DNA from: Octopus sinensis
Lineage: Eukaryota
Assembly: GCF_006345805.1 (NCBI RefSeq)
Contig: NC_043010.1
Coordinates: 33,418,001 to 33,482,000 of the forward strand
Reading direction: 5' to 3'
Length of the DNA stretch: 64,000 nucleotides
Both the position numbers and the translations under genes were made by a program. Every line of letters starts with the position of its first letter. Within the stretch, counting starts at the first letter, position 1. The notes below the pieces were generated by a model. The model searched no databases. It was not told the origin of the DNA and saw only the letters and a list, made by a program, of their open reading frames with translations. Below, one piece after another: positions 51,481 to 64,000 of the stretch.

Positions 51481-52588
51481 TGATTTTTTTTAAAAAATGA
51501 AAATGATAAGATTGTATGAAGAATATTATAAGAAGTAAGATGTTGCATGTTAATGAGAAATAGGTAATGAATGTAGAAAATCTGTAAGAAGTATGGATTT
51601 AAAAGGAAATATACAGATTTTAAAAGGAAATATTACAAGTGAGCTGACAGTAGTTATAAACATCAAAAACATTAGACTATGTGTGTGTGCAAGAGAGACA
51701 GCTGAGAATGATATCTTGTGAATGAACAATACCTGCTGGGGGGAAATAATGTTTTGGACCAACTGTCAGTTGTGGATGATACCCCTTTATCTCCAAAGCT
51801 GAGGAAGACTGAATAAGACTGTTGGAGGTGGGGTGACGGTAGTGGGGAGATGGTGGTGAGACTGGATTTCTGGATCATGGAGTATCAGTGAACATAGAGC
51901 ATTGATAATATGCTGTGCAGCAGAACCCTTCAATCCAAATTAAAATACCTTGTACATTTTTCTTTTACTTGTTTCAGTCATTTGACTGTGGCCATGCTGG
52001 GGCTTTGGCAGAACAAATTGATCCCTGTACACACATTTTAGGCTTGATTCTTATTCTGCCACTCTCTTTTGCTGAATTGTTAAATTATGGGTATGTCAGG
52101 CAATAGAGGGAAAAATACAAACCCAAACACACATAAATACACATCTATCTATCTATTTGTCTGTCTGTCTATATATTTATATCTATATCTATGTGTGTGT
52201 GTGTGGGGGGGGGTTGAACAGCCCCAGGGTTGAAACATAAAAGAATAAAAGAACATACGATAGGCTTCTTTCAGTTTCCATCTACCAAATCCAATCACAA
52301 GGCTTTGGTCAGCCTGGTGCTATGATACAAGACACTTTCGCAAGATGCCAATCAGTGGGACTGAATCCAGAACTACGTGGTTGGGAAGCAAACTTCTTAC
52401 CACACAGCCACGTCTGCATCCCTTATATTTATGACGACGACGACGACGATGTCAATGATTGTTATGCTCAGTCAAATTCAACAATGTTTTCCATTAGTAA
52501 TAGCAAAAACACAAACTAAAGATCATTTCTTACTGTCACTACATGTGTGTGTGAGTGTGTGTGTGTATGCATAGATGTATGTATGAGG

Positions 52589-52658
<70 letters not shown>

Positions 52659-52753
52659 GCAGTAAACACATAAATGTGAAACAAGGTGGAAAAAAGAGTA
52701 CTCAAATACCAGTGGTAGAGTAATATGCTTTATTTAAAGCAGCAGAAAATTCA

Positions 52754-52805
52754 ACAAAACCTGTTACTCTGAGTTTCACATTCCCGTTCGTCGAACAGGT
52801 TTTGC
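52754..52805 (-). ncRNA. Type I hammerhead fold with 11-bp stem I and variant core
   Basis: gcaaaaccugu-UCGACGA-acg/ugu-GAAAC-ucaga-GUA^acagguuuugu. Confidence 0.7.
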
Positions 52806-53659
52806 TAAAGTATATATATATATATCTATATATATGTGCGTGAATATGTGTGTGTATATATGTTTGTGAATATGTGTGCGTATATATGTTTGTGAATGTG
52901 TATATGTGCATGCAGGTATATGCATGTATGTATATATAATTATATATATATATACACACACACACATATCTATACACATATATATGCATGTATGTGTATA
53001 TGTATGTATATGTGTGTATATGTATGTATGTATATGTACGTACCTACTCACACTCATAAGCTTACACACACACACACTCACCCTCACGCACACCGACGCG
53101 AACACACAATTTGTCAAAAATCCGATGCAGATCAATGAATAAAATTTGGGGTTAGTGGGGAGGCGAGTCTGGTGTATTGAAATTACTAAAGCATTACCAA
53201 CACACAAAAAGAAAAAAAAAAAACAGAAAAGAAGAAAGAAAAGGAATGAGAATGAAACGGAGAATAACAAACGAAAAAAAAAAACCCATAAAGAATGCTC
53301 CATAAATAAATATATAAATATTTATCAGACTTCTACATAACTGATGACATACATGTTCGAAACCGTTTCTAATTTCACTAGCTATGGATAATGAGTATAA
53401 CACTTTCCCCATTCTTACTAACATCAAACACACCTAACAAAAATTATAATAGGCATTATATAGATATATTATACATAAAAATGTGTTACATAATATGTAT
53501 GAGTATTTATATGTATTGCGCACTAAGAGTGCAAACTAACTTATGGGTTGAAAAAGGTAATGAGAAGGACCCAATCAAGAGTCACCCACACAAATAACAC
53601 ATCCCTTTTTTTTTTCCTGAACGAATCGACAACGGGGTACCTTTCCGTATGTGATCCCT

Positions 53660-53895
53660 CAATCTGCTAGAGAGAGCAGTCAGATCTCCCCTCAAATCAC
53701 ATCCCTGCCTTTTTATTAAAAAGAAAAAAAAAGTAAAAGAGGGAGGGTTGTAAAGAAAGGAGCACGTCGAATAATGTGATTCTAGATACACTATATCAGA
53801 ACAGGAGACGGCATGTTCACGGTTGGAACGATTTTGATCATAGGTCATGCTCGACCAAGGCTGACCTGGGGTTAAATAAGATCAACATCAACAGC
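53660..53895 (+). mobile_element. Retroelement 3' end (ctgctagaaatagcagccaaatct...ggggctaaacaacaac family)
   Basis: Homologous pieces at ~6860-7100, 13450-13640, 14540-14700, 54150-54320, 54700-54840 and 58250-58330, and on the minus strand at 28340-28460 and 57650. Confidence 0.6.
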
Positions 53896-55260
53896 AACAA
53901 TAACCATTAAGAGGGTTGCACACCATAGATTACATAAGTCCTAGATAGTCAAATAGATAGGATGGCCACCCATGGAATACCTTTGGTTATTGGTCAACTA
54001 TATCAAGGTTGATCTGGAGCTAAATAAAGTATGTGTTAGAGAACATAGGGGTAATAAGGAATAGTTCACTGATTAAGGGTCAACTACCCTTATAAAACAG
54101 CCATCATTTTACGAGTGAACCAACGAAAGAGAACATCTAGAAGCCGCTCATTTTGCTCGAAAGAGCAGCTAAATTTCCCTCAAATCATACCCAACAAGTT
54201 TCAAAAGGACACATTGGCTACTGAGATCCCAGATAGACAAGAAACGGGATGGCCACTGCTGGAACGCAAATGACAAAAAAATCCACTTTATCAAAGCTGA
54301 CCAGGGGAGTTATGAACAACGACTCAGTTATATATTTTTTTAACATTTCATTATTATTCCGCCGATGTTAACTTTGCTTTTGTTCCTTTCGGGGTCGATA
54401 AAATAAAGTACCAATCAAGTACTGGGGTCGATGTAATCGACCAGACCCCTCCACCAAATTCAAGGCTTTATGCTTATATTAGATAGAAACAAGTATTTTT
54501 ATTATGTAATTAGATACAATAGCTGAAAACATGATACGTTAATGGTTTGTAAAATATTAACGCTGCAAGCATAGGGTTAATAATGAATAGAAAGTATAAG
54601 GTTCATCCGAATTAGTGAACCCCATCATTTTACAAGACGAAGAGCGTGCATCTCTACGCAGTTGCACAGCTCCCACCCACAAAAAAACAAAAAAAAAACA
54701 GCAGTTAAATCTCCCCAAAATCACACTTTTACCGTCTTAAAATAGGAAGAACACATTAAATAATGTAATCTTCTAGATATATTTATGTGCCAAAAGCAGA
54801 CGGAAGGGCCACGGCGAGAACTGCTCTCAATCTGGAGTTATTAAAAAGAAAAGCATCATAAGAAAATATTAAACAAAAAAAAAGAACAAAATAATAAGTG
54901 GTAATTTAGTGTAGCGCAAAATGCTTCTCTGAATGACTACATGTAGTAGTTGAAGATTTAACATGTATATGATTCTCTGTGAATGCTGTACACAAGTGGC
55001 AGGATACGAGGGGGGGGAGGAAAGAAAGGGGTGTCGAGTAAGAAAAAAAAGAGGGTCACGACACATATTGTATGTACGACGCATCTAGTGTGTATGTATG
55101 TGTGGAACTATCTATATGTATGTAGATATGTGCGTGTCTATGTGTGAGTACGTATAATTTACGTTTCAGATTTGTTGGAAAGCGTAGTCCAATGCATTAA
55201 TACATATATCTATCTGCCTTCTCTCTCCCTCCCCGCTCTCTGTGTTTCTCTCTCTCTCTC

Positions 55261-55291
<31 letters not shown>

Positions 55292-55455
55292 TTGCTTTTA
55301 CGTAACTCCATATTTATTAGTGGAAGAGTAGTTTGTGCATTTGTGATGCTGATGTTTTTTTTTTATCAGTGAAAACAATTCCATTACTCATTACTTATAG
55401 TATAATAAATGGAATAGATCCTAAATGGGAATATATATATATATATGTAGTTAGC

Positions 55456-55489
<34 letters not shown>

Positions 55490-55670
55490 TGACTCTTGAA
55501 ATATATATATATATATGTATGCATAGATAAATATAGATAAGATAGACTGACAAGCGATGTGTAAATATGTGTTTCTATGTATGTGGGTGTATGTGCATGC
55601 TTCTATATTATCTGAGTGTGTGTGTGTGCGTGCGTGTGTGTTTAGGTTTGAACTGTCAAGGGAGATAATC

Positions 55671-55722
55671 GAGCGGAAGTTAGACTCGGATTATTAGCAG
55701 ATGGACTGCGCGCATGCGCAGT
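55671..55722 (+). promoter_or_regulatory. Housekeeping-type promoter with ETS (CGGAAGT) and NRF-1 (GCGCATGCGC) motifs
   Basis: CGGAAGT at 55674-55680; GCGCATGCGC at 55710-55719 inside the near-palindrome actgcgcgcatgcgcagt; local CpG enrichment in a CpG-poor window. Confidence 0.7.
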
Positions 55723-55724
55723 CG

Positions 55725-55987
55725 CCTATTTTGTTTCTCCTCGTCGCGCCAGATGTAGACGGTCGATCCTCGCTCCAAGTGGGATTATTTTATTTTTTTG
55801 TTTCGGGGGCCTCCCGCTCCGTGATAAAGGATACCATTTTTTTTTGAAAAGGAAAACTGAACAAACCTCGAAATATAAAGTTGTCAAAAAAAAAAAAAAA
55901 AAGTAATTCAAGGAAAACGATAAAATTAAATGCAGCAATAGTAATAACCCAGATGTATTTACTCTCGTGGTTTTGGCCGAAAAAAAG
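55725..55987 (+). other. Probable non-coding first exon of an unidentified gene
   Basis: Follows the promoter motifs; ends at donor AAG|GTAAGA (55988); its ATGs close within a few codons. Confidence 0.5.
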
Positions 55988-58626
55988 GTAAGACGTTTAT
56001 CAATGTTATTATTATTGTTCCGAGTTCAAATCCCGTCGCTGTCGACTTTTGCCTTTCAGCCTCCAAAGGATTAATGAAATAATATACCAGTCAAATACTG
56101 AGGTCTATATAACTGACTTGACCCCCTCCTCTCTCCCCACCAAATATGTGGCCTTGTGCCTATGTTAGAAATCATTATCATTAATATTATAAGAAACGAT
56201 TATTATTTATTTACATTATGACTCCATTTTTGCTTCCATCCTTTCTGGGGGTCGATAAATTAAACTACTTGTCATATACGATATTTAATTTGACCATCCA
56301 TACACCTCCCTTAAAATTGTGTCCTTGTGCCTGTTTTGAAAGAAATTAATCTTAAATTTTTCTGGATTCAAAATCTTGCCCAGGTTCACTATCACCCTTC
56401 CTGAGATCAATAAAGAAAGTACCAGTAATATTAGTAGGATCGATTTAATCGACTGCCCCCTTCCCAAGAAATCGTTGACCCTTGAATATCTATGTTAGAA
56501 ATCAGTCTTTGATCATTATTGTTGTTGTATATGTCAGCCTTATGTTATTGTGTTTTTTTTTTGTTGTGTGCGAAATGCTTCGTTCATGTGGATGCATGTT
56601 TGTTTAATCTTCATGTATGTTTATTTGTCTTCGTGTGAGTGTGTGTATTTGCATGTGTTTGTGATACCAGCTTTAAAATGTGTTTTGTGGTCGTTTCCCA
56701 GTCCCATGTTGTCAATATGACAGTTTGACATCACACCAAAGTGATACGTGTGTGTATGAGTATATATATATATATATATATATTCAGATACACACATTTT
56801 CTTACATTCGCATATACACAAACATAACATTGGTTGTGATGGCGGCGGTGTTGATGATTGTCATGATGCGGATGGTGATGTTATTGTTTAGCTCCAGGTC
56901 AACTTTGATATTGAGTAGAGCAATGATAAAAGACATTCCAGCCGTGATCATTATGTCGTTTATTAAGATTTAGTGCATTCTAAGACCACATTATATAACG
57001 TGTCCTTTCATAAATACGATAGACTGATTTAAGGGAGCTTTAGCTACAATTTCTTGCAAGAGGTTGGCTTCTTCATGCGGATGGCATTTGTTGGTGTGTG
57101 CCAATGTATGGGGTGTTGAGTACTGCTTGGTTTAGCGTTTACTAGTGATTTGGGTGGCGCGTTGGTGGTATTACTGGTATGGGGATGGTATTTGTGATAG
57201 TGCTATTTATGATGTGGTGGCCATGGGTGTAGTGCTATCAGAGTTTTGCATTAAACGATGTGGAATGGTGTTACGGAGGTTATGGTTTAAATGATGTGGT
57301 GATTGTAGTGGGGTGTGGTATTCATGGAAGCTGCAATGCTATGGTGTGGTGACAGGGCTTTGACAATGTGAGGGCTTGTGGTGATAAATGGTATGACACT
57401 ATCAGAGGCTAGTGGAGGGAAGGTATTAATGGGGGTAATAGCCGTGGTGGAGCAATTAATGATGTGGTACTGTTGGTGTCGTGTTCGTGGAGGCTGTAGT
57501 TGTGATTATTAATGATGTTGTATGACATGTAGCGAAAATAATATTGTTTATCCCCAAACTGATCGAGCAGACCTTTGATGAAAGGCATTCCATCCGTGTC
57601 CGTTCCGTCGTTTTCCCATACAGGGGAAAACCAATGCCGCATCGTCTATAGGAATATTTGGCTGCTACTTTTAGCAGATTGAGTGACCACGTAGAAGCGT
57701 TCATGATGACTCGCTAATACTGATGTGGTGGCTGTGATCGTCATATTAATAGTGTTTTAGTTGGTGGTGGGGTTAGTGACTGACTGTTGTGTTATTAATG
57801 GTGTCATGTTAGTAGAGGTGGTGTTGATGTTAATAGCGGAATTCGAACTCCAATGTCATAGTATGTGTAGCGATGGAAATGTAGTCTTCCCATCAATCCT
57901 GTACATCGAGCCAACGTGGTGGGCGCCCTCTACACAGTTGCTGATGTTGCTTAGCCCCAGGCAATCCCTCATCGATCTGATCAAAGATGTTCTGTTCGTT
58001 ATCATCCCGCCTTTTCGTTTTGTACATTGAAGATTACACTGTTCAGTGTGTCATCTTTTTTCCTTCTTTTGTTTTAAATCAATAGGATGAGATTTGGTTG
58101 CTATTTCTTGTAGGTCGAGCGATTGTATAGAGGCTTTCTCCGACGTTGATTGTACAAGATATATCAGTCAAATCTTCATTTTAATCACACCCCTAGTGTT
58201 GTAATAAATGGTGGATGCATTGGATGGTCTAGGGAACACAATGCGTGAAAATAAAAAGATGAAATCCTGCATGAATACCTTTGGTCATCTGTCTATTTGA
58301 TCAGGGCTGACCTGAGGTTAAACAACAGCAACTCATCCATCTCTCATCATTCGTTGCTCATCTCTCTGTATAACCATCACCCTCCATTTATATGGGTGTA
58401 TAGAACACGTACTTAACACACAGTCTTCCAAACAATATTCGTTTTCCACTAATATCTGTTTAAGAATCATGCTACATGTATAGGCTCCGTTCATAGGTAT
58501 GTTACATGTGTATGTATCGATGTTCGTATGTGCATGCATACATACTTACATAAACACACACACATGTAGGGACTTCAAGTTACGCCTATGGCAGGCAGGC
58601 TTAACCCTACATTTATGTGTAAATAC

Positions 58627-59127
58627 TAAAATATTTATATATATATATTTATATATATATATATTATATATATATAATATATTTTATATATATATATATA
58701 TATATAATATTTATATATATTATATATATATATATATATTTATATAAATAATAAATATTAGGGAATAAATCCAAATTTACAGGGAAAAAATCAGATTTAG
58801 GATTAAATCCAATTTTATAGTAAAATATTATAAAATATTATTAGAGACAAAACCACTATTTTGCAAAACAAACAAGGAAAGACTTAATCAATACATAAAA
58901 TTTTAATAAATAGTCAAAAAAACCGCCACTACAATTGTTTCATATATATATATTTATATATATATATATATTATATATATATATATATATATTTATTTAT
59001 ATATATTATATATATATATATTTATTTATATATATATATATTTATATATATATATATTTATATATATATATTTATATTATATTTATTTATATATATTTAT
59101 ATATATATATATATATTTATATATATT

Positions 59128-59158
<31 letters not shown>

Positions 59159-59197
59159 ATATTTATATATATATTATATATGTATTTAATATGCATT

Positions 59198-59229
<32 letters not shown>

Positions 59230-59245
59230 ATATTTATATATATAT

Positions 59246-59308
<63 letters not shown>

Positions 59309-59330
59309 ATATTTATATACAAACACACAC
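58627..59330. repeat. Long interrupted (TA)n/(ATATATATTT)n microsatellite around a ~200-bp Penelope-like fragment (58745-58941)
   Basis: Direct inspection. Confidence 0.85.
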
Positions 59331-59932
59331 ACACACATATATATATAATACATACATGTGTATGCATGAATTCACAGATTTGTGTGTATGCTTTACATGC
59401 AAATAACTATAGTTGAGTGATAATTTACGTGTGCGTATGCATATATCTATGTATGCGTGAGTGTGTATGTATCATATATATATGTGTGTGTGTGTACACA
59501 CATCAACACACATATATATGTGTATATGCATATCCTATGTATATGTATGTGTGCCCACCCGTGACGCCACCACGCCGTCAGTCAGTCTGTCTGTCACACA
59601 GACAAACAGTTGGAAAGAAGAGTTTTTGCAGATGTCTAACGATGTGGTTGTGATGGTTCTCTTCCCCTCTCTAACCCCGCATTCTATATCTTTCTCTCAT
59701 CACTGTGTGTATGTATATATATATGTACATGTGTGTGTGTATCTATTTTGAGTCCACTGAAAATAGCCCGCCCCCTCACCTCAGTACAATGTGTGTGTGT
59801 GTGAATGTTAATTCCCTCTCTTCGCTTTTAAACTCAGCCTCTACGAAACTATTGAAGGAAGCCGACCTCTTCATACCTTCATATATATATGTGTGTATCT
59901 ACATAGTTATTATTTATATATATTTATTTGTG

Positions 59933-59964
<32 letters not shown>

Positions 59965-59992
59965 AGTGTACGTATGAGTAATATACGCGTGA

Positions 59993-60045
<53 letters not shown>

Positions 60046-60531
60046 CATACACACACATATGCAAACACATTTTTCATGGCTGTTCTTTTACAGGTTTGGC
60101 TAATACACCATTTTCAAATTATGTTGTATGAATGTGTATACACACACACACACATATATATATAGCCTGCATATATATACATACACACACATATATATAT
60201 ATAGCCTGCATATACATGCGTACATATGTATTCTTATGTCATGCTTTCATTATTAGCTTGTTTTAAATCGCGCTTTTAAAAGAAAACGTAAACAATGTGC
60301 GTGTGTACCTAAAAATAATTATATACACACTCGCACATTTGTACTTCCAAATATATACTTCCCTATTAGAATTAGCCGACCTCTCACCGGAACAATGAAC
60401 GCACGTTATATTTATATATCTCTATATATAATATATATATATATGTCTACTGTATGTTTGCTGCCTGTAAACACAGACGTTTGTGTTTGTGTGTTTCGTT
60501 TATGTAATTACATAGCTGTACGCGTGCGTGT

Positions 60532-60741
60532 ATACTCTTTTTTACTCTTTTACTTGTTTCAGCGGCCATGCTGGAGCACCGCCTTTAGTCGAGGAAATCG
60601 GCCCCAGGACTTATTCTTTGTAAGCCTAGTGCTAATTCTATCAGTCACTTTTGCCGAACCGCTAAGTTACGGTGGCGTAAACACACCAGCATCGGTTGTC
60701 AAGCGATGTTGGGTGGGGGACAAACACAGAGTCACAAACAT

Positions 60742-60776
<35 letters not shown>

Positions 60777-60947
60777 CATATATACGACGGGCTTCTTTCA
60801 GTTTCCGTCTACCAAATCCACTCACAAGGCTTTGGTTGGCCCGAAGCTCTAGTAGAAGACACTTGCCCAAAGTGCCACGCAGTGGTACTGAACCTGGAAC
60901 CATGTGGTTCGTAAGCAAGCTACTTACTACATAGCTACTACTGCGCC
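60532..60947 (-). mobile_element. SINE family A, full length
   Basis: Reverse complement of the family consensus seen in the + copies. Confidence 0.88.
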
Positions 60948-61221
60948 TATATTCATTTATGTGTTTACCTGTTTCAGTATTTGGGTTGTGGCTATGCTGG
61001 GGCACCGCTTTGAAGGGTAATAGCCGAACGAATCACCCCCTCCCCCCGTACACTTTTTTAAAGGCCTGGTCTCTTGCTGAACCGCTAAGTTCACGGGAAC
61101 GTAAACAAACCAACAGTGGTTGTCAAGCGGTGATGAGGACACGCATATATACAAACACGAGTGAGTGGAGAAACGAAAGAAGGGCACTCAACAGATTTAA
61201 TGGGAGTTACAAGTATGATCC

Positions 61222-61585
61222 ATACATCACAGTGGCTGTGTGGTAAGAAGCTTGCTTCTCAACCACATGGTTCTGGGTTCAGCCCTACTGCGTGGCTCCT
61301 TGGGCGAGTGTTTTCTACTATAGCGTCGGGCCGACCAAAGCCTTGTGAGTGGATTTGGTAGACGGAAACTGAAAGAAGCCCGTCGTATATATATATAAAA
61401 TGTATGTATGTGTGTTTGTTATTTGTGTCTGTGTTTGTCTCCCACCATCGCTTGACAACTGATGTTAGTGTGTTAACGGTTCGGCAAAAGTGACCGGTAG
61501 AATAAGTACTAGGCTTACAAAAAATAAGTCCTGGGGTCGATTTGTTCGACTAAAGGTGGTGCTCCAGCATGGCCGCAGTCAAATA
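61222..61585 (+). mobile_element. SINE family A
   Basis: Colinear with 33901-34270. Confidence 0.85.
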
Positions 61586-62454
61586 TATAAATACATACAC
61601 ATATATATATTATATTCCTTTACTTGTTTCAGTCATATATATATATATATATATACGCACGCACACACACACACACATATACGACGTCTACCAAATCCGC
61701 TCACAAAATGCCACGCAGTGGAACTGAACCGGGAACCATATGGCTTAGAAGCAAACTTCTTGCGATACACCCACGCCTATTCATGTGTATACTTGTAGTT
61801 TAAAAAAGTATCTGTTAGGCATGTTTAAGTCAGTGGTGGTTAGCTCAGTGGCGCACTTGTTTGCCGCGAAATTTAGTGAGATGCAAAAGTGTTACTAAAT
61901 AAGAATATATTTAAAATTCAGATTAATATAAACTGAATACCAAATATAAATGAAGAAATCTACTTAATTTTTTGTTAAATTTAGACTAAAATGTATCAAT
62001 ACCTCCTTTTTTTATTCAGTGCATTTTCTTTTCATTTTGTCATTAAGAAGATCGCTTTACAACCATGAGGTTAGGGGTTCAGTCTCATTGCGCGGCAGCT
62101 TGAGCTAATATCTTCTACTCTAGCCCCAGTCCGACCAAAGCCTTGCTTTGGATTTGGTAAATGGTAATTTAAACCCCGCTGTGTGTGTATGTGTGTGTGT
62201 CCCATCTCTTGACAACCAGTGTTGGTTTGTTTACGTTCCGGTTAATTAGCGGTTCGGCAAAAGAGACCGATAGAATATCAGGCGTACTGGAGTCAATTTA
62301 TTCGACTAAACCAGTGGTTCTTAAATTTCTTTCTTTTTTTTTTTATGCCTCTGGACACCTTTGATTCCCATTTTACTCAGAGGGGGTGATCCCCACCTCC
62401 ACCAGCCATTCGATGTCCAAAAACTTATATTTTTGTGATTAAATATCATTAGGA

Positions 62455-62818
62455 CCTTTATTTGTTTGCCATTTGACTGTGCTGGAGCACCGCCTTTTAG
62501 TCGAACAAATCAATCCCAGGACGTATTCTTTGTAAGCCTGTTACTTATTCTATCGGTCTCTTTTGCTGAACCGGTAAGTTACAGGGACATAAACACACCA
62601 ACATCGGTTGTCAAGCGATCGTAAGGGAGACAAAGACAAATGTGTGAGTGTGTGTATACGACGGGCTTCTTTCAGTTTCCTTCTTCCAAATTCACTCACA
62701 AGGCTTTAATCAGCCCGAGGCTATAGTAGAAGACACTTGCCTAAGGTGCCACACAGTGGGACTGAACCCGGCACCATGTGGTTGGGAAGCAAGCTTACCA
62801 CACAGTCACGCCTGCGCC
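62455..62818 (-). mobile_element. SINE family A
   Basis: Reverse complement of the + copies. Confidence 0.85.
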
Positions 62819-63545
62819 TTCGATTTGTATAAAAGTTATAATATTTTGTGTTGCAAATAAATTTTATATAACAAAATCTTGTATGGACTCCAGTCGAGAA
62901 CCCCTTGACAAAGCACTTCAAGGCTGTGCCTCGTCATGGCCGTAGCCTAGTGATTGAAGCCTGGAAAAGATACAGTGCGCTGAAATTTTTTTTTCTATTT
63001 AATCTGAAGTGCAGAACGTTAAAAGAAATTTAGGAGCTATCTAATGCGTTCTAAGCATTATTCCTTAGGAGATTATGTATGGTTTAATAATAATAATAAT
63101 AATAATTTGTTCGTTTATTGGCCACAAGGGCTAACAAAAATCAATTAAAACATAAATATAATAATAATAATAATAAGAAGAAGAAGCGAAAACATCACAA
63201 TCTAAGGAGTTTTAAAACACCTTGAGGAATTTTTAGTCGATCGAATCGACCCCAGTACTTGTTTTTATTTATTTATTTTTTAGCCTGGTACTTATTCTAT
63301 CGGACTGTTTTGCCGAACCGCTAAGTTACGGGGACGTAAACACATGAACACCGGTTATCAAGTGGTGATGGAGAGACAAACACACACACATACGGTGGGC
63401 TTCTTTCAGTTTCCTTCTCCCAAATGAAGGATGACACTTTCAACAGCTCTTATAAAGTTTTTAAAAGTCTTGTAAAGTCTAATATATTCTTTTGTAGTCT
63501 TATACCATCTTATAAATATTTATTTTGCAATAAAATATTTACTGC

Positions 63546-63730
63546 AGAGAGACTTTTGAACAGACTATAGAAGGGTTACACGAAAAGCAGAGTCTTGAGT
63601 CCTGTCTCAACTGTAACCATAAATTTCATTCCAAAATTGGTCTAATAAACCACTTTAGGACCCAAAAAGTATAAAGCTGATAATCTGATCATCTTCAGAC
63701 ATGAAGGACGAACCCAATAATAATAAGATA
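63546..63730 (+). mobile_element. RTE (BovB-like) LINE 3' end with terminal zinc-finger remnant
   Basis: SCLNCNHKFHSKIGLINHFRTQ matches the RTE C-terminal pattern CxxCxxxFxSxIGLxxHxRTH; followed by catcttc...gaaggacgaacc and (AAT)n. Confidence 0.7.
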
Positions 63731-64000
63731 ATTGTAATCTACAGTACTTAAAACAATACTTATCCGAAGAAATTAGGGTTTTTGGCACGCTAAGTAATTT
63801 CCGACTCTATTGTATTGGAATGCCAGCTATACGCAACCATCTCTGTTTATGTATATATTTTACGAGTATATTTTCTTAATTTATATAGCTATTTGCATAC
63901 ACGTGTGTGTGTGTTTATCGATTCATCTATTGCAGATTAACCCGTACTCAAGAGCGTGTTTGTGTGTGAATCCTTGTGAGTGATCTTCATTATGAGTTTG

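Noticed and set aside
53194-53433. Possible minus-strand exon MGKVLYSLSIASEIRNGFEH with a GTATGT donor
   Set aside because: No recognisable homology, acceptor or partner exons.
58935-60165. Ile/Tyr-rich ORFs
   Set aside because: Translations of (TA)n and (TG)n microsatellites.

Overview
AT-rich, repeat-dense eukaryotic genomic DNA. The repeat repertoire points to a coleoid cephalopod, probably Octopus (inference, not a database match). One protein-coding gene can be assembled by hand: CHCHD7/COX23-like, + strand, 3 coding exons (14351-14485, 18240-18338, 25973-26077), 112 aa, twin CX9C motif, canonical GT-AG phase-0 introns. A second housekeeping-type promoter (ETS + NRF-1 motifs) with a probable non-coding first exon lies at ~55670-55987; no coding exon for it could be identified in the window. 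Most of the rest is transposon debris and simple repeats: tRNA-derived SINEs, RTE and CR1 LINE fragments, a decayed Tigger/pogo transposase, a maT (DD37D) copy, a mariner fold-back, hAT and piggyBac-type MITEs, a probable solo LTR, Penelope-like remnants and microsatellites. Most ORF-track entries are repeat artefacts. The most interesting signal is not in the ORF track: at least eight type I hammerhead-ribozyme folds plus one half motif, in several repeat families. One has a canonical core and lies downstream of a Penelope-type ORF remnant. Two sit in a TSD-flanked palindromic element joining a tRNA-like Pol III head to a hammerhead tail. Several carry recurrent core variants. Repeat boundaries are approximate, and all alignments and folds were done by eye.
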